Shown here piece after piece: positions 25,750 through 39,167 of a stretch of 64,000 nt of DNA. The position numbers and the translations under genes were made by a program. How positions within the stretch are numbered: the stretch's first letter is position 1; each line of letters begins with the position of its first letter. The notes beneath the pieces were generated by a model that was not told the origin of the DNA, made no database searches, and was given only the letters and a program-made list of their open reading frames with translations. The DNA lies in the NCBI GenBank assembly GCA_051362555.1, contig CM120648.1:8118587-8182586 (forward strand), written 5' to 3'. Source of the stretch: Lingula anatina. Its lineage: Eukaryota; Animalia; Brachiopoda.

Positions 25750-28200
25750 TGATGTGAGCTTTTTTTTCCACACGTCTCACACGCAGTTTTAGATATATTT
25801 AGCTAGCCTCTATTTCTTCGTTTACTAATTTCAGATATCATGCGGAGCACTGATAAGGCTTCTGCTATTGATTCAAGATTCCTTGAATATGTGCCACAAG
25901 TTGCTATTTTTCTGCACTTTTTTTATGAAGAAATTCCACTTACAATATTTCTTTGAGTAAATCAACATTAACATCACATTCTAATGGTCTCCAAATTCAG
26001 TTGTCTGTTCAAATATTTGACAAGAAAAAAAAAACAGTATTAGGATGAGTTAACTCATCCTAATAAAACACTGTACAGGGATTCTTTATGATCCATACTA
26101 TATGATGCGACATTCAGAGCAGACGAATAAAAATGTTAAGACAATGTCTGATCCGTGGGTCAACATTCCAAGATGCCCCGTGGGCCAAAATTTTCCCAAG
26201 ATGGAAACAGCATCGTTCTCCAGGAGAACACAAATCCAAAGGTTATGAATTCCTTCAGGGACAAGACAATTGCATCAACACACATGTTGAGAATATGCTG
26301 AACGTCATAGTTCTTTCCCTATCCACTCTAGGTAACATATACTCCTTTTTAGCTCAAAGAAAATAATATCACTGTCTCATCAAAGGTCATTCTTGACATC
26401 TGTCAACATTATGACACAGAATTTCTGTTTTGTGTTTGGTTACACTTCTTCCTTTAAAAAAGTGTCAGATTGATATATTTCTGGTGATATTTGCCAAAGT
26501 GGAAAGGCAAGCTAATAAACTTCATAATAAATAGGAACAGCGCTGAGTATTGTGTATCGTGAGGTATAATTACCTTGACGTCATGCACTGAGTTGAAAAA
26601 AAAAAAGACTTAAATGTCACTGCTACAACTTTTTTGTAGTCAACTAACCATCTTCAGCTAGGTTTAAAAAGTTAATAACATTGGTATGTTTTGGGCATGT
26701 GGACGTCAGAAAGTTGAGTATGAAAACAAAGGAGTTAAAAACGGATTCCTAAATTGTTTAAATTTAAGGCATCACAAAAGTCATGCAATTGCAGGTCAAC
26801 AAAAATTTCGAAAATCAAAACTATTGCTGATGTGGTCATAGATGATGTTTCTTACACTCCTGTATGACTTTAAAAAATAGGATATTATATTGCTTACAAG
26901 AACAAAATCCTGCCTCAAAAGACCAATTGCACTGTCAAATCTGGCTTTGAAAATCACCCAAAAAATTTAAAGAGATAATTAAGTTGCCAATGCTAAAGGC
27001 ACGAATGATGCCTTTCAAAAATCTAAGAAATTTCAAGGAAAAAATGGTTTAAATGAACCAAGACTTAAACACTGTTCTGACAGATGGCATGAAAATTCTC
27101 CATGCAAATATCTTTCAAATATAGTCGCACAAACTGAAGAACATATCTTTTATTGAGACCATTTTAAGATCTTCATTGAATGCCCCTTCCTGTTTCAGTG
27201 CTAAAATCCTGGAAATATTTCAAGATTCTGTCAGTCGTGAACTTTCCTTTGAATTCTCTGGAGTACAATAAAAATTCAACTTCTACACTTCTGGTGGTTA
27301 GATAATCTCACAGCATTTATGTCGCATTTGCTGTCATGAAGTAAAAGGTTGTTCAAATCATATGAATATCCCTGTAGTACGTACATCTTTAACTCTGGCA
27401 ATATAAATACACTTTAACGTTTGAGTTGAGGCCAGTGTAAATATTGCCTAGAAGTTTTTCCATCTCATAAAAATAATTATGCTCCACATCAGCATCTTTT
27501 GCCATTCAGAATGTTTTACCCGACTTTTCCTGAAATTTGGTTTACAAATTTTGTTTAAGCGTGGCTGGCACTAATAGAATTGCACACAAGTAATTTCCTG
27601 TGGTGCACCATCACTTGAATCAACCTCAAGAAACTGAATGCTGAGCTCCTTCTGAGAGTGAATTTTGCACAACCTTCTCATTCCTGTGCATCTACATTCT
27701 AAACTTTCCACATGTAATACCTGTGGGATTTAGAACAGCTATATAGGTCAGTTTTGCATTCAGAAGTGAAAAACAAATTATCCCATTCAGCTCTTGGCAC
27801 AGTTTTGTCATCTGGATCGATTCTCACTGCCATATAATGTACAATAATCATTTAATAACAGTCTCAAAAGTAATCCCTGCGAGATGTCTACCACTGGTAA
27901 CACTCACTCCATCATGGTTCCACCTCAACTATATACTACAGACAGCGTGTAACTTCCAATTCCCAAAATACAGAATCCAGGAAATCCATACGCCTAATCT
28001 CTGTGAGAAACTGCCATTGGTTGAATTTTGCTGTTTTTTTCAGTGCCAAATTTGCATGGAATCTACTCCATCGCCTCACAGCCACTTGGGTTTTCTTAGA
28101 GGCCGAAGGCTGCCCTTTATTGGATTTTACCCTGTCCGTCACTGGAAACCACACACCCAAGTTGTGCTCTAAATCTCTGCATCAATATCTAATGCAACGG
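25750..28200 (-). mobile_element. Heavily decayed LINE (endonuclease/RT remnants)
   Basis: Frameshifted traces of DF.KAFDSV (about 26930-26960) and C.NYRGI (about 27100-27130). No intact ORF; limits approximate. Confidence 0.45.
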
Positions 28201-28399
28201 CCGACTGCCATTACTTCAACTTTACTGTATCATATATTTGCTCTTACATATACCTGGAACTGGTTTTTAAGTCTTCTGTATATTTTATAAAACCTCAAAT
28301 AGTTAGACCTGTAAAAAAGTGCATGTCAGAGTACTCTCCCTTGGTTATCATGTACAGACTCTTTTACTCTTTTAAAATATTTATCACTTTTGGTCTCCC

Positions 28400-30290
28400 C
28401 TTAGTTTTTGTGTCAATCTTTAATGGCTGTTTTTTGAGGCTGTTTTTTAAGGAATTTTGAAAAGAATTAACTTCCATCCAATGTTTGCCTCTCTCCTTAG
28501 TGTGGCATAATTAAAACTGCATGTCTATATATTCTTCACATCCACATCGCAAAATCATTTATGGCCTAATATCTATAAAAATATCCCATGATAATATGAA
28601 CCTGCGTGAACTGGCATTTTTCCATCCAATCTTAAGTTAAGGTATTCATAAGGACATTCATGTTTATCATGTTGCTTCCAACATTTCTATCAAAATGTTG
28701 TTCTCACAAAATTACCACTATAATGAACAATGCGTGCAACATGTAAGACTCCTCACCTAAAAAAAATGCTCCACAGTTTGGTCCATGTTAGAGAGTCTCC
28801 ATTGGTGAGTTATCTTGGCGATCTTATCTGAGGTTTAAAATTTTTGAATAAATACCATACACATCCCTAGAGTTATTATTTAAAAATCATCCAAGGTCTT
28901 CTGTGCATGGCCTTCGCAGCAAGTGTTAAAGCAAGCACTTGTCTCCTCATTTAAACTGTCGTGGTAATGCAATCCATTTTTATATTACGATGTGCCATTA
29001 TCAAGTATGCAGCTTGAATCTTTCCCATGCTTTCTCTGCTGTAAAACACTACTATAACACAGCTACTGTGTATTATTCACAAGTGCATGGGATCAATGAT
29101 TTTATCCACAACATTTAGTTTTCTATGCAGCTTGGAAGTCCCCTGTGATCTCTTTGGGAGTTCAACATATGATTCTTTAATTCTTCTCTTCTGGATTGTC
29201 ATTCAACTGTAATTACATTGATGTCAGTATGTTTCGTAAAAAAAAAAAACTTCTGCTGCCATCATCAGAAAAAAATAATAAATCAGAGCTCCACTTAGAC
29301 ATCCTTGTCACAACATTTAGTTTCCTTTTTTAATGGATTTTGGGCAATTATAATCCTTAAACCCCTACTTGCAAAGTTGGGTTCCAAGCGGTAAAACTAA
29401 ATCAAGGTTGCTTCAGCAGCTTTAAGTTGTGTCATAATTCCATTACCTCCTGTTAAATATGTGAGTTTAGAATTTGTAGTTGTCTGGGAGAAATTACAGT
29501 TACTGATTCTGCTAGATAATCATCATTCACATTACTTAGCTATCATGTAAAAAATCCAGTTTCTGTCATTTTGTTTTTTTTTAACCAGTAGTCATTTTTT
29601 TTTTGTCTATGTCTGTTTTGTCTTTGTCCGTCTGTTTAAAGTTTAAATTTTCTCAGCAGCTAAACCTTTCCTTTCATTATACCGATTATAATCTGCTCAG
29701 AAATTACTCTGCATGATCTTCACAGCTGGAAATTTTCTCATAACCTTCACTTAATAGCGAGAAAAGTGCGTGGATAAAACCAATTGCCATTCCATTTGAG
29801 TCTCTTCAATGGCTCGCACTTCTATCATGCAACGTGATTCTTCTTAAATCACTTTGGAAGATAGCAGTGGCCTAAAAGGAATCTATTTTCAATTCCTGGA
29901 CGCCTACATAACTGCCTACTGAGCCAGCTTACAAGTTGCCTGGAACCTGACTAGCTGGTGGTAATGTCGCTGGAATTCCCAAGATGCAGCAGCTCTCAGG
30001 ATGATTAGATAGTTAATTAAGACGATTGGCTCTGCTTAAGGTGTCTCTCATTCCTTGCCCAATGTACCAGTACAGACTACCTGGATCTGTCACAAAAGAA
30101 TTGATTTGAAGATGCCATACGACAAGTTCTTAGTAATTAACAAAGACCTATCCGCTGTTTTTCAATTATATATACCAACTGAGTTGATTGAGCTTTACTC
30201 TGTTCATAATGAGGCAATGAATTTATCCCAGAGACTGGATGTTGAATTCTGCATTATATTTCAGATGGCATTTCTCATATAATTGCCGAT
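28400..30290 (-). mobile_element. Heavily decayed CR1/L2-like LINE
   Basis: Weak frameshifted RT-like traces and purine-rich, coding-like composition on the minus strand. Limits approximate. Confidence 0.3.
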
Positions 30291-30325
30291 GCTTTGAAAC
30301 TGCTTTGTCACATGAATAAAACTTA

Positions 30326-30540
30326 GACCCCATTTCCAGAGATTAGATCGATCTACTTTAGATCGACCTAAATCCCTGGGGGTTCACGCTAAATAGCTGT
30401 CAGCTGAGCGGACACGAAAGTTAATTACCTCCTTACAGCTTGTAGTAGGCGGGACGGACATTTAGGCCGGATTATCTGACAGTAATCTAGTGAGACTCCC
30501 CGTGGGGATAGATCAATCTAAAAGCTCTGGGAATACAGCC
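30326..30540 (-). mobile_element. MITE family A, copy 2 (215 bp)
   Basis: TTA TSD. Reverse complement of 9971-10185 with few substitutions. Confidence 0.9.
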
Positions 30541-31602
30541 TTAATCATGAAGAATTTCTCAAAATGTTTTCTATCCCATTATTATAATTACCATATTCTG
30601 CAAAAATAACAATGATGGAAAACCTGGTTTTATCTGGGCTTTATTAACTTACCTTTTAAAAATATCAAATGTTTTATTTGTCACTTGATTCAATTTAAAT
30701 AGTTCTCTTGCTCTGCGAAAACTATATATGCTAATTCTCTCACTGGCCCAATCACAGATAAAAAGAAAACAACTGCTGGAACTGGTACAATTCGATATTT
30801 AGCCAAATAAAAAGCCACTATATATTTTACCCTGTAATCTATTGATGGCATCTTTAGCAAGTTCAAAGAATTCCCAATGGCCAGATAGACCATATTCAGT
30901 CATAAACCACTGTGTAATCAGATAGTCCATTTACACATAAACAAGGGTCCTTGTTTCCCCTCTAAAGAATGAGGGTCATTAATTCCCCTGACAAAAGACT
31001 TATACCAGTTACCCATCATATATTTATATTATATAGAGGATAATTGTCTATGTTTTTGTAGTCACTTCGATCCACAGACTACATTGTCCGCAGTTGTAAA
31101 TACAGCCTTTAAATACCCCCAAAAGTCATGTTTATGCATACTGTGTTTCACAGAATACTGAAAACCAGTCTCTGTTATCAGTATACATCTGCCCCCCCTC
31201 CCCCCACCCCCCACCCTGAGTCACTTGATAATAAACCTAAAATTTCTCTGGCAAATGTTTGAGAACACAGACAAGACCAAACAGACAGAACCAGACCATG
31301 TGATTAAGCCTTCTGTGATATAGCACCAGTCAATCAAAATTATTATCCAACATTTGATTTTGTGGTCTATGACTGATTGTTGCTTGCAGCAAACAGATCA
31401 CTACAAACCTCCTTTAACTGGTTGCACTACTGTGGTATTAATCTGCAGATCTGATTTTTTTTCTTTTTCGAATTTGGCTTTCTGGGGAGTCACAACTGCT
31501 GAATTAATCTTAGATCCCTGGTGAATTATTATAGTCATCTAATGATGTCATTCAGACATTAAACAATTTGACTGCCTGTACTTTAGCTATGATCTGACTC
31601 AT

Positions 31603-32680
31603 GGGGTCCGCCATATAGATAAACGTCCCAATATAATATTCGTCCCGATAGATACGTCTCTATACATATACGTCTCAATAGATTTACGTTTCGTTAAATT
31701 TACGTTCCGATAGATCCACCAACCGATTCCTATAAACCCACGTATCTTTAGATCCAGGTACCGCTAGATCCATCTATCTGACATCGTAATCGGCTAAAAG
31801 GCCGATATTCAACTTTAGATACAGGTATGAGGCTTTCGAGTGATAGTCTGGCTGCGAATACTGATACACTTAGTGATGTGACTTAATTACAACCTGATAT
31901 TTATTATTTATTCATTTATTTATGTATTTATATATGTATTAGGTGTTCAAACAAGACATACATGTTCGTTCGCGTCTACACGTCTATCACACTCTAAAGT
32001 TCGGGAACGCGTCGTAAACATGAAACAGAACACATTTTAAGTGTGCAAATATTACATTTTGAGAACGCTTTAAACAGTGTTCTGGCACCAGAACACTGAG
32101 TGTTGTGAAATAGGCCCTATAGAACACATTTTTATGATTTTTTTTTAGAACACGTGTATTTACATGTAAATTCAGAACACTTTTTATGTGTTCGAATGTT
32201 ACATTTTGAAAACGCATTAAACAGTGTTCTGACGCTAGAACAGTAAGCGTTGTGAAATATACAACACATTTTTGTTCTTTTTATGTTCTTTCACTGAGTA
32301 TTGTGTGAAAACGATCTAGTATAATATAATCTAATATATTGCTGAAAGAATTAATATGTGTACTGTCGTTTTAAAGAAGTGCATTTTATGTACTGAGTAG
32401 TATACCAACCATTTTGAGCAAAAGCATACCTGTAATGGATCTATCGGTATTTGGATCTCAAAATACGTGGATCTATAGGTATGTGGATTTAAAGGACGTG
32501 GGTTTATGAGGACGTCGTATCTATAGGAACGCAAATATATAGGACAGCAGTAAAAAATCGGATCTATCGGTATTTAAATCTAAAAAGACGTTTTTTTCAG
32601 TTTTTCCTTTATGTATCTATCGGAAACAGGAGTATAGGGACGTGTAATATTTTGGGACTAAATTTTATCCGTACGTACCC
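31603..32680. mobile_element. MULE/Foldback-like non-autonomous element with modular TIRs
   Basis: Flanked by the direct repeat (C)TGACTCAT (8-9 bp). GGGT...ACCC termini. About 170-250-bp arms built from ~16-bp degenerate units (acgtccc.atata / tata.gggacgt). Internal ~158-bp duplication (about 32025-32130 and 32175-32270). Confidence 0.75.
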
Positions 32681-34552
32681 TGACTCATAAGCCCATGGGT
32701 GGGGGTGGGGGTGGGGGAGGGAGGAGGAAAAGCTGCCCTTTTGCATATAAAAATCCACTTTTAATAAGAATCTGATCTAGATCTTGTCATTTCGTATGTT
32801 TGGTCCCCAAAGGAGGTGAAAAGGTCCATCCTTTATAGAAGCAACTCCCATTTTGAAATTGTAGACTACAGGCTTAAACACTGATCTTCCTAGTTTATAT
32901 GTTCTTCCTTCCCAATCTGGCACTGCATGGTCCATGATCATAGCATAAGTATGAAGTGAGTTCAGAGAGGTTCTGCGAATTCCCAAGATATACAAAAAAT
33001 CCTAGGAATACCATGTGCAATGGCATGAAAGTCCATCTATGGAGTTGTCCAATGAATCCGCCTTTCATTTCATTATAAACAAAAAATATGCAGGACTAGA
33101 GGCACATTCAGTCACACACTTATAAACCAGTTTTGGTTACCAATGTGTCACTGAAGACAAAATGGTTCCATGTGTTAATTATTCAATGTAATTAAGTAGA
33201 AAATTCTCAATGGGTCTACACAGATGGATCTCATTATCAATTAATTTGGTAGTCTGGTTGCATTTTGGACCTGAATAGGTTTGAGTGAATCTGTGTCTGA
33301 ATACACCTTTGTATTAAATTTGCATACTGTGCCCTTTGAAGAGTGAATAACAAACACTGCAGGTGAGTTTAATGATCAAATTATGGAAATCCACAGCAGC
33401 ATATCACTCTATTAGATTTTGAACTAAACAAGTTGATATTTCTCTGTTGTGGCCAGGATTTGATTTCATCCATTTTGAGTAGAAATCCATGTTTGTATTC
33501 GCAAAAGGATTTTTTATCCACTGGCTAGCTTTGGAATTCCTAAGAGTTCGTGCAAATATATTCATTCAAAATCTCCTATTTTGAAAAAGACATTTTACTC
33601 AAAAGGTTCTGGCACTTCAAAGGCATATATGCAAGTACACTTCTATAAACCATATTCAATAGGCAAAAATATTCTCCAAATATTCATAATTGATAAATTT
33701 CACAAGTTTCAGTCCATAATATTCTTGCATTTGGTTTAATCAAGATAAATCAATTTTCTCTCCTAATGATAGTAAATCACAATTATTTTCTTTTAAATTT
33801 AACTCTCCTGGTAATTTGCAGCTATGTTCTTAGTAATTTACAAAATTCAATATTCTGATCATAAATATTCTGAGAGCACTAATAATGACCATTATGATCT
33901 TGAAAGACTGTTGACTCCTAGTAAATCTTGCAAATCACCATGATTAAAGGTGGAACATCCTTGGAAGAGGGGGGGGAGATACCCCCCTCCAAATTCCCTC
34001 AGACAATAGCTTCCTGGGGCACTAATAAATCTGGGAATTTCTTGAAAATCAGTGTATTCCCCTTACTCTTTAGCATTAAAGATGTTTGTAATTTTTTCTA
34101 GACATATAAACATTCTATAGTGCTGCATAATTTCTCTGCATAAATAGATAATCATATATTTAATGTTTATCCCATATGAATTAAATACAGCGAAACCCTA
34201 AGGGTCCTCTCTGAAAAGACGTCTTGATGTTGTTTTGGGCCTTCACCAACAGAAGGCTTAATTCAAAAGACTAACCTGACTGCCTTATATATCTTTATAA
34301 TTAAGTACAAAAATATAAACAAAGCCTGAATGAAGGAATGAAACACTCTAATGAAAAAAAGGGAGAGAGATTTGCTGCAATTTCAAAAATGTAATCTCAG
34401 TTGTCAAAAACCCTCTTTCACCATTTTGAATACATTGCCCACATGAGCATTACAGCACTACGGAGAATCAGAGTTCAACTGAATGGATTAACTAAAGAGA
34501 AACACCCTTGGGCCCTGCAAAACAGTCAAACAATAAAGCTCTATATCCTTTG

Positions 34553-34712
34553 TGATAGATTTTCCTAGAAATATTTTCCGAGAATGAAGTGCCATTAGTC
34601 TCTTGGCCCTGACCCACAATTGACTGAAGCAGAAACCTTCTTGATAGATTTTCCTAGAAACATCTCAGAATAGAGTGCCATTAGTGCCTCTGTCATTGAC
34701 CAACAATTGACA
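34553..34712. repeat. Diverged tandem duplication of about 90 bp
   Basis: tgatagattttcctagaaa...agtgccattagt...acaattgac occurs twice. Confidence 0.8.
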
Positions 34713-37449
34713 AGGATGAATCCAAACAGCTGTTATTGTCGATATCAAATATTTTTTTTACTCACATCTTTTTCAACTTCTGGATCAAGTTGCAAAAAAA
34801 AAATATAGGAACATTTGCTCAGTGGAGAATATCTCCCATAGTTGACTGAACATGACTAAATATGCCCGATCCCACTTAAAGGCAAGCTGCCTAATTCCCT
34901 GATGGTCCCCCTATCTCCACACACATTAATTTAATGGATTAATACTCTGATCCAAGGTTTAATTGCTAGACCCCTGTAGGGATGGTGCTTGTGGAGGCAG
35001 GGAGACCAGGATCAGGGCAATTATAGGCGGCTTGCTATCAAGTGGAGTCAGCCATATTTAGTCAGCAGATCAGTTAGTTAATGGGTCATCTGTTCATGCA
35101 ACCACTGAACATTTAATTTTTGATTCAGAGTACATATACTTTTCCAAAAATTCTTATAGCCCCCCACCCCCCCACCCCCACCCCCATATCCACCCTTAAT
35201 CCCTGTCTGGTACAATAATTCTTTTCATTTGTCAAAAAGTAATCAGTGATTTTTCAGTACAAAATGTTCTTTATTACCGTAACATTTGAATTTTTTCTGC
35301 TTGCATGAATTTTTAAGTAAATAACCTTCAAATCCTTGGATACATGACAAAACCAAATGGAAATTATGATAAAAAAGTGTCATAATTTATCAGTATACCA
35401 TCAATGAATATGTTTTTAGCCAACACCTAACCACTGAAGCAGAGGTAATCACGTCCACGTATACCAATACAAAGTTTACAGGTCTTATTGACAATTCCTT
35501 TATCTACCCTGCTACTCCCATGAAAACATTGAGAAAAAATTTGATCTATGACTTTGAGAAGAGGGCATATAGTGTGATGTATCAAAACAAAATAAAAAAC
35601 AAATCTCTATTTGTTTTGTTTCCCTTACTTTTATGTCATTTTGATCATTTCAATTATTCACTTTATTTATTTATTTATTTTTTCGAGTTGCACATGTAGG
35701 CTGATTGGATCACTAAACAATTCAATCATTTGTGCCAATGGGAAAAAATGAAACATATCTTACGACTTTTTATTAATATGTCACTGTTTAAACAAGACAC
35801 CCCCGAAGTATGTGGTAAAACAAATATCCTGCTAATGTGAGTCAAACAATATCTTTACACAGTAATCACTGTATTCTGAGGACTGTCTATGTGTGAAAAC
35901 CTTCCTACGTAAAAATAGACTATGCGCGTGCAATGTCAGGTTCAATATCACAAATATCAGCTCTCCCCTGTGATATATAAAGAGTGCAGAGACTCATTTC
36001 ATTCTCCTCCAATGACCTTTCTGTCCTATAAAAACCTGAGGTTAAAATGATTTACCGTGTGCAAAAATAATAATGCTGCATACTTAGATAACTGAAAAAA
36101 TACTTCATTTTCTTCCATTTTCAAAATAATGTCTCTACACTGCATTCTTTGCTATGATTTTTAACCCATTATTTTTTCATAATTCATTATTCATATTTTA
36201 ACTCACTCATTCCCCTGTTTCTCTTTCATTCGTTATTTTTTCTCTTTCACTCTTTCTTTCAATCTTTATCCAATTTTACAACCTATTTTTCAAATCAGAT
36301 ATTACTTTAATACCAGCCAGCTGAAGCTGCATCATTAATCTACACTTTTAAAATCTAAAACTTACACCAATTAACTTAATTAAACCACTAATGAACCCAT
36401 CTGGCATTATATTATTTAATAATCCTATTATGCAATTATATGTAGCAAGCTTAGCTATAAAAAAATGACATGTATTTGGATCCTACATATGCATTGCACT
36501 ATGCACTAGATTAAAATTGATTGGCTCTAACATTTTTGAAATCACAACATACACACATACCTGTACAATATATCACATGTATACACAGACTAATACATGC
36601 GCACATAAGTGCACACACACATACAAACACACACACACACACACAAACACAGACTCTCAGAAAAACACTATATGTGGACTATCAGTTAGCTCAGACTTCT
36701 TTGACACTACAACACGTACATCTACCTATACAACCATGCATACGCAGACTTATGCATGCACAAATGTGTACGTACACACAAACACAACACACACAAAGAC
36801 AGGCAGATACTGTGATGGAAGTGCACAAGTACACCCACATAATCTTTTCCTCTCCTAATTTTCTTCCTCATACAAAATAAAATTTATCAAAGCTTATTAT
36901 CAACATCTTACATAGCTCACCCTTTGTGTCTCTAAATATAGCTACATGTTATTAAATCAAACAATAAATGTGTTGTGCTCAGGAAATATGTTTTCATCAA
37001 AAAAAAATCTTCAAAATCATACTGAAAAAGAAATCACTTCACATTGTCAGTTCCACTTATCAAAAAATAACTCAAAGAATATAACAAAAAAAAAATCCTA
37101 TTTCCCCAATGACTAGGGTTGCCTTCTAATCTAAAACCCTGAGACTTAAAAAGCAGAACCCGCTGAGCAAGAAATAGCCTAAAGTAAATTACTCTATAAA
37201 CTTATTTCCTAGCTGAAGAACAAGTTGCATGATCTAATCAAAAATCAAATTTTGTTATTAGTCACCAGATTATGGTGATAGAAATGATGTCAATACAAAG
37301 GATATGACAAAAAAAAATGCCACAGAACATGAAAGACTGGCCTAATCACCAACTTCTATAATTATAATTTTAGTTGAAGCATTCACTTGTCACCGGATTG
37401 AATCTTTTTTTGATCCAGGTTAGAGCTCAGCAAGATTCAAATTAATAAA

Positions 37450-38316
37450 ACAAAAAACATGAAAGTCTAGCACACACACCCACTGAATTCATTTATTAAC
37501 TAAATAATTAGTTAACAAATAAAAGGTATCCGAGGTTCACAAGATATACCAGATGACAATGTTGAATTCACTTGTTGTAACTTCAATCTTTTTCATCCTG
37601 TTTGGCTAAAGAACTGAATTAAAACTAGAAATGTTGGTCAAGCTCCATTCAGGCTAAAGTCATAGATATCCAACTCATTATTGGTTGAGAATGATATTTA
37701 TTGCTGCATTCTTTTTGTAAAATAATCATATTTTTATGATGACATTTCTGTGACCAGTTTAGAGCATTTTCCAGAGGAGGAAAGTACAAATTGAAATGAT
37801 TACAGAAAGATATGATATTTCTACACATTTTCTCAAGTAACCTAAAACATGAATCATCCAAGACCGATTCAGGCCAAGCATAAGTGGTGACAAGTGTAAA
37901 TTGGTTTAAACTTTCTCCTTCCATTACTAAAAGATGAAATTTCTATGCATTTTGTCTAGTAACCTATAACATGGATCATCCAAAACCGGTTCAGGTCATG
38001 CATTAAAAAGCAAGTGTGAACTGGATTCAACTCTTGCCTTCTGATTACTGACAGATATTACATTTCTAAAAGGGCTAACAAGATGCTCCCCTAGGAAATG
38101 TGCTGACTCATCAACTTTTGTACCCATAATAGTCTTCTGTCGGTTATTCCCTTTCAAATCATCAATATGATCATATTGCATTTCCATGTAATTTAATGCC
38201 ATGAATTCTGCGGATTGAGCCAATGTTTTTTCCACATTAACAGTCAAATAAATATTTCTGAAGATGTTTGGAAAAAAATCTTCACTGATATTTCCAATCA
38301 TCGACACTGGTATTTC
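37450..38316 (-). mobile_element. Decayed CR1/L2-like RT fragment
   Basis: NNRQKTIMG (L.NR.Q.V...G) followed by a frameshifted PQGSIL.P-like sequence (cctaggggagcatcttg) at about 38075-38095. Confidence 0.5.
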
Positions 38317-38319
38317 TTT

Positions 38320-38865
38320 GAGCGCATTCTCAACGAATTAAGCCAGGCTTTACAAAGCCGGTGACCTAAAAATGGCGGACGTACATGAAAGAAAAACCGC
38401 CTAATCTTTTAATAGTCTCTCCGCCTCCCCACACGTCGTCCCTGCGGGGTACAGTAATTAAATCTCGGCTCCGTTCGCCATGCGGAAGCTACCTGAGAAA
38501 TATTAAGTGCGCATGCTCATCAGTTAAACTCGTGGTAAAGAAAGCATGGCGGCTGAAGGCGATCGAAGGAAAAAAGCTCTTCTGTTCTATTATCTTTGAA
38601 AACAGAGACGAAGAAGGAATAATTTGGCCCGTAGAGCAGCAATGAATCGACTATCTACGGAGATAATATCACCAGAGATATTCACGGAAATATTAATGTT
38701 CGGAGCCGGGATTTAATTACTGTACCCAGCAGGGACGACGTGTGGGGAGGCGTGTGAGAGGCGGAGAGACTATTAAAAGATTAGGCGGTTTTTCTTTCAT
38801 GTACGTCCGCCATTTTTAGGTCACCGGCTTTGTAAAGCCTGGCTTAATTCGTTGAGAATGCGCTC
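38320..38865 (+). mobile_element. Young non-autonomous PIF/Harbinger-like element with about 155-bp TIRs
   Basis: The outer ~108 bp form a perfect inverted repeat (GAGCGCATTCTCAACGAATTAAGCCAGG...), extending to about 155-165 bp with an indel. TTT TSD. Internal ATG at 38546 reads MAAEGDRRKKALLFYYL*KQRRRR, resembling Harbinger transposase N-termini (inference). Confidence 0.9.
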
Positions 38866-38868
38866 TTT

Positions 38869-38990
38869 GAGCACATACAGAACAGTGGACTAACAGATCC
38901 GCAGATCAAATATGGCCGACCCACTTGAATGCTTGTTGCATAATCCCCGCAGGGGAGCTATTCGATCTGTGTCTAATCAGGAATTTGCAG
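38869..38990. mobile_element. MITE family B, truncated copy 3
   Basis: One arm only (cagaacagtggactaacagatccgcagatcaaatatgg..gacccacttgaatgcttgttg), matching 19673-19859. Confidence 0.75.
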
Positions 38991-39134
38991 CAAGCAGCAA
39001 CATTTTGTGCAGTATCAAAATAAAATAAAAAGCCCAATATATTGTTCATAGAATCCCCAACAGTTTGTCAAAATCTGTTAAAAGCACATTGCATACCTAA
39101 GGTAGAATAAATCAATGCATTACTGTTTACATAT

Positions 39135-39167
<33 letters not shown>

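Noticed and set aside
38385-38645. 86-aa ORF
   Set aside because: It starts within the TIR arm of a non-autonomous element and is not a plausible gene.
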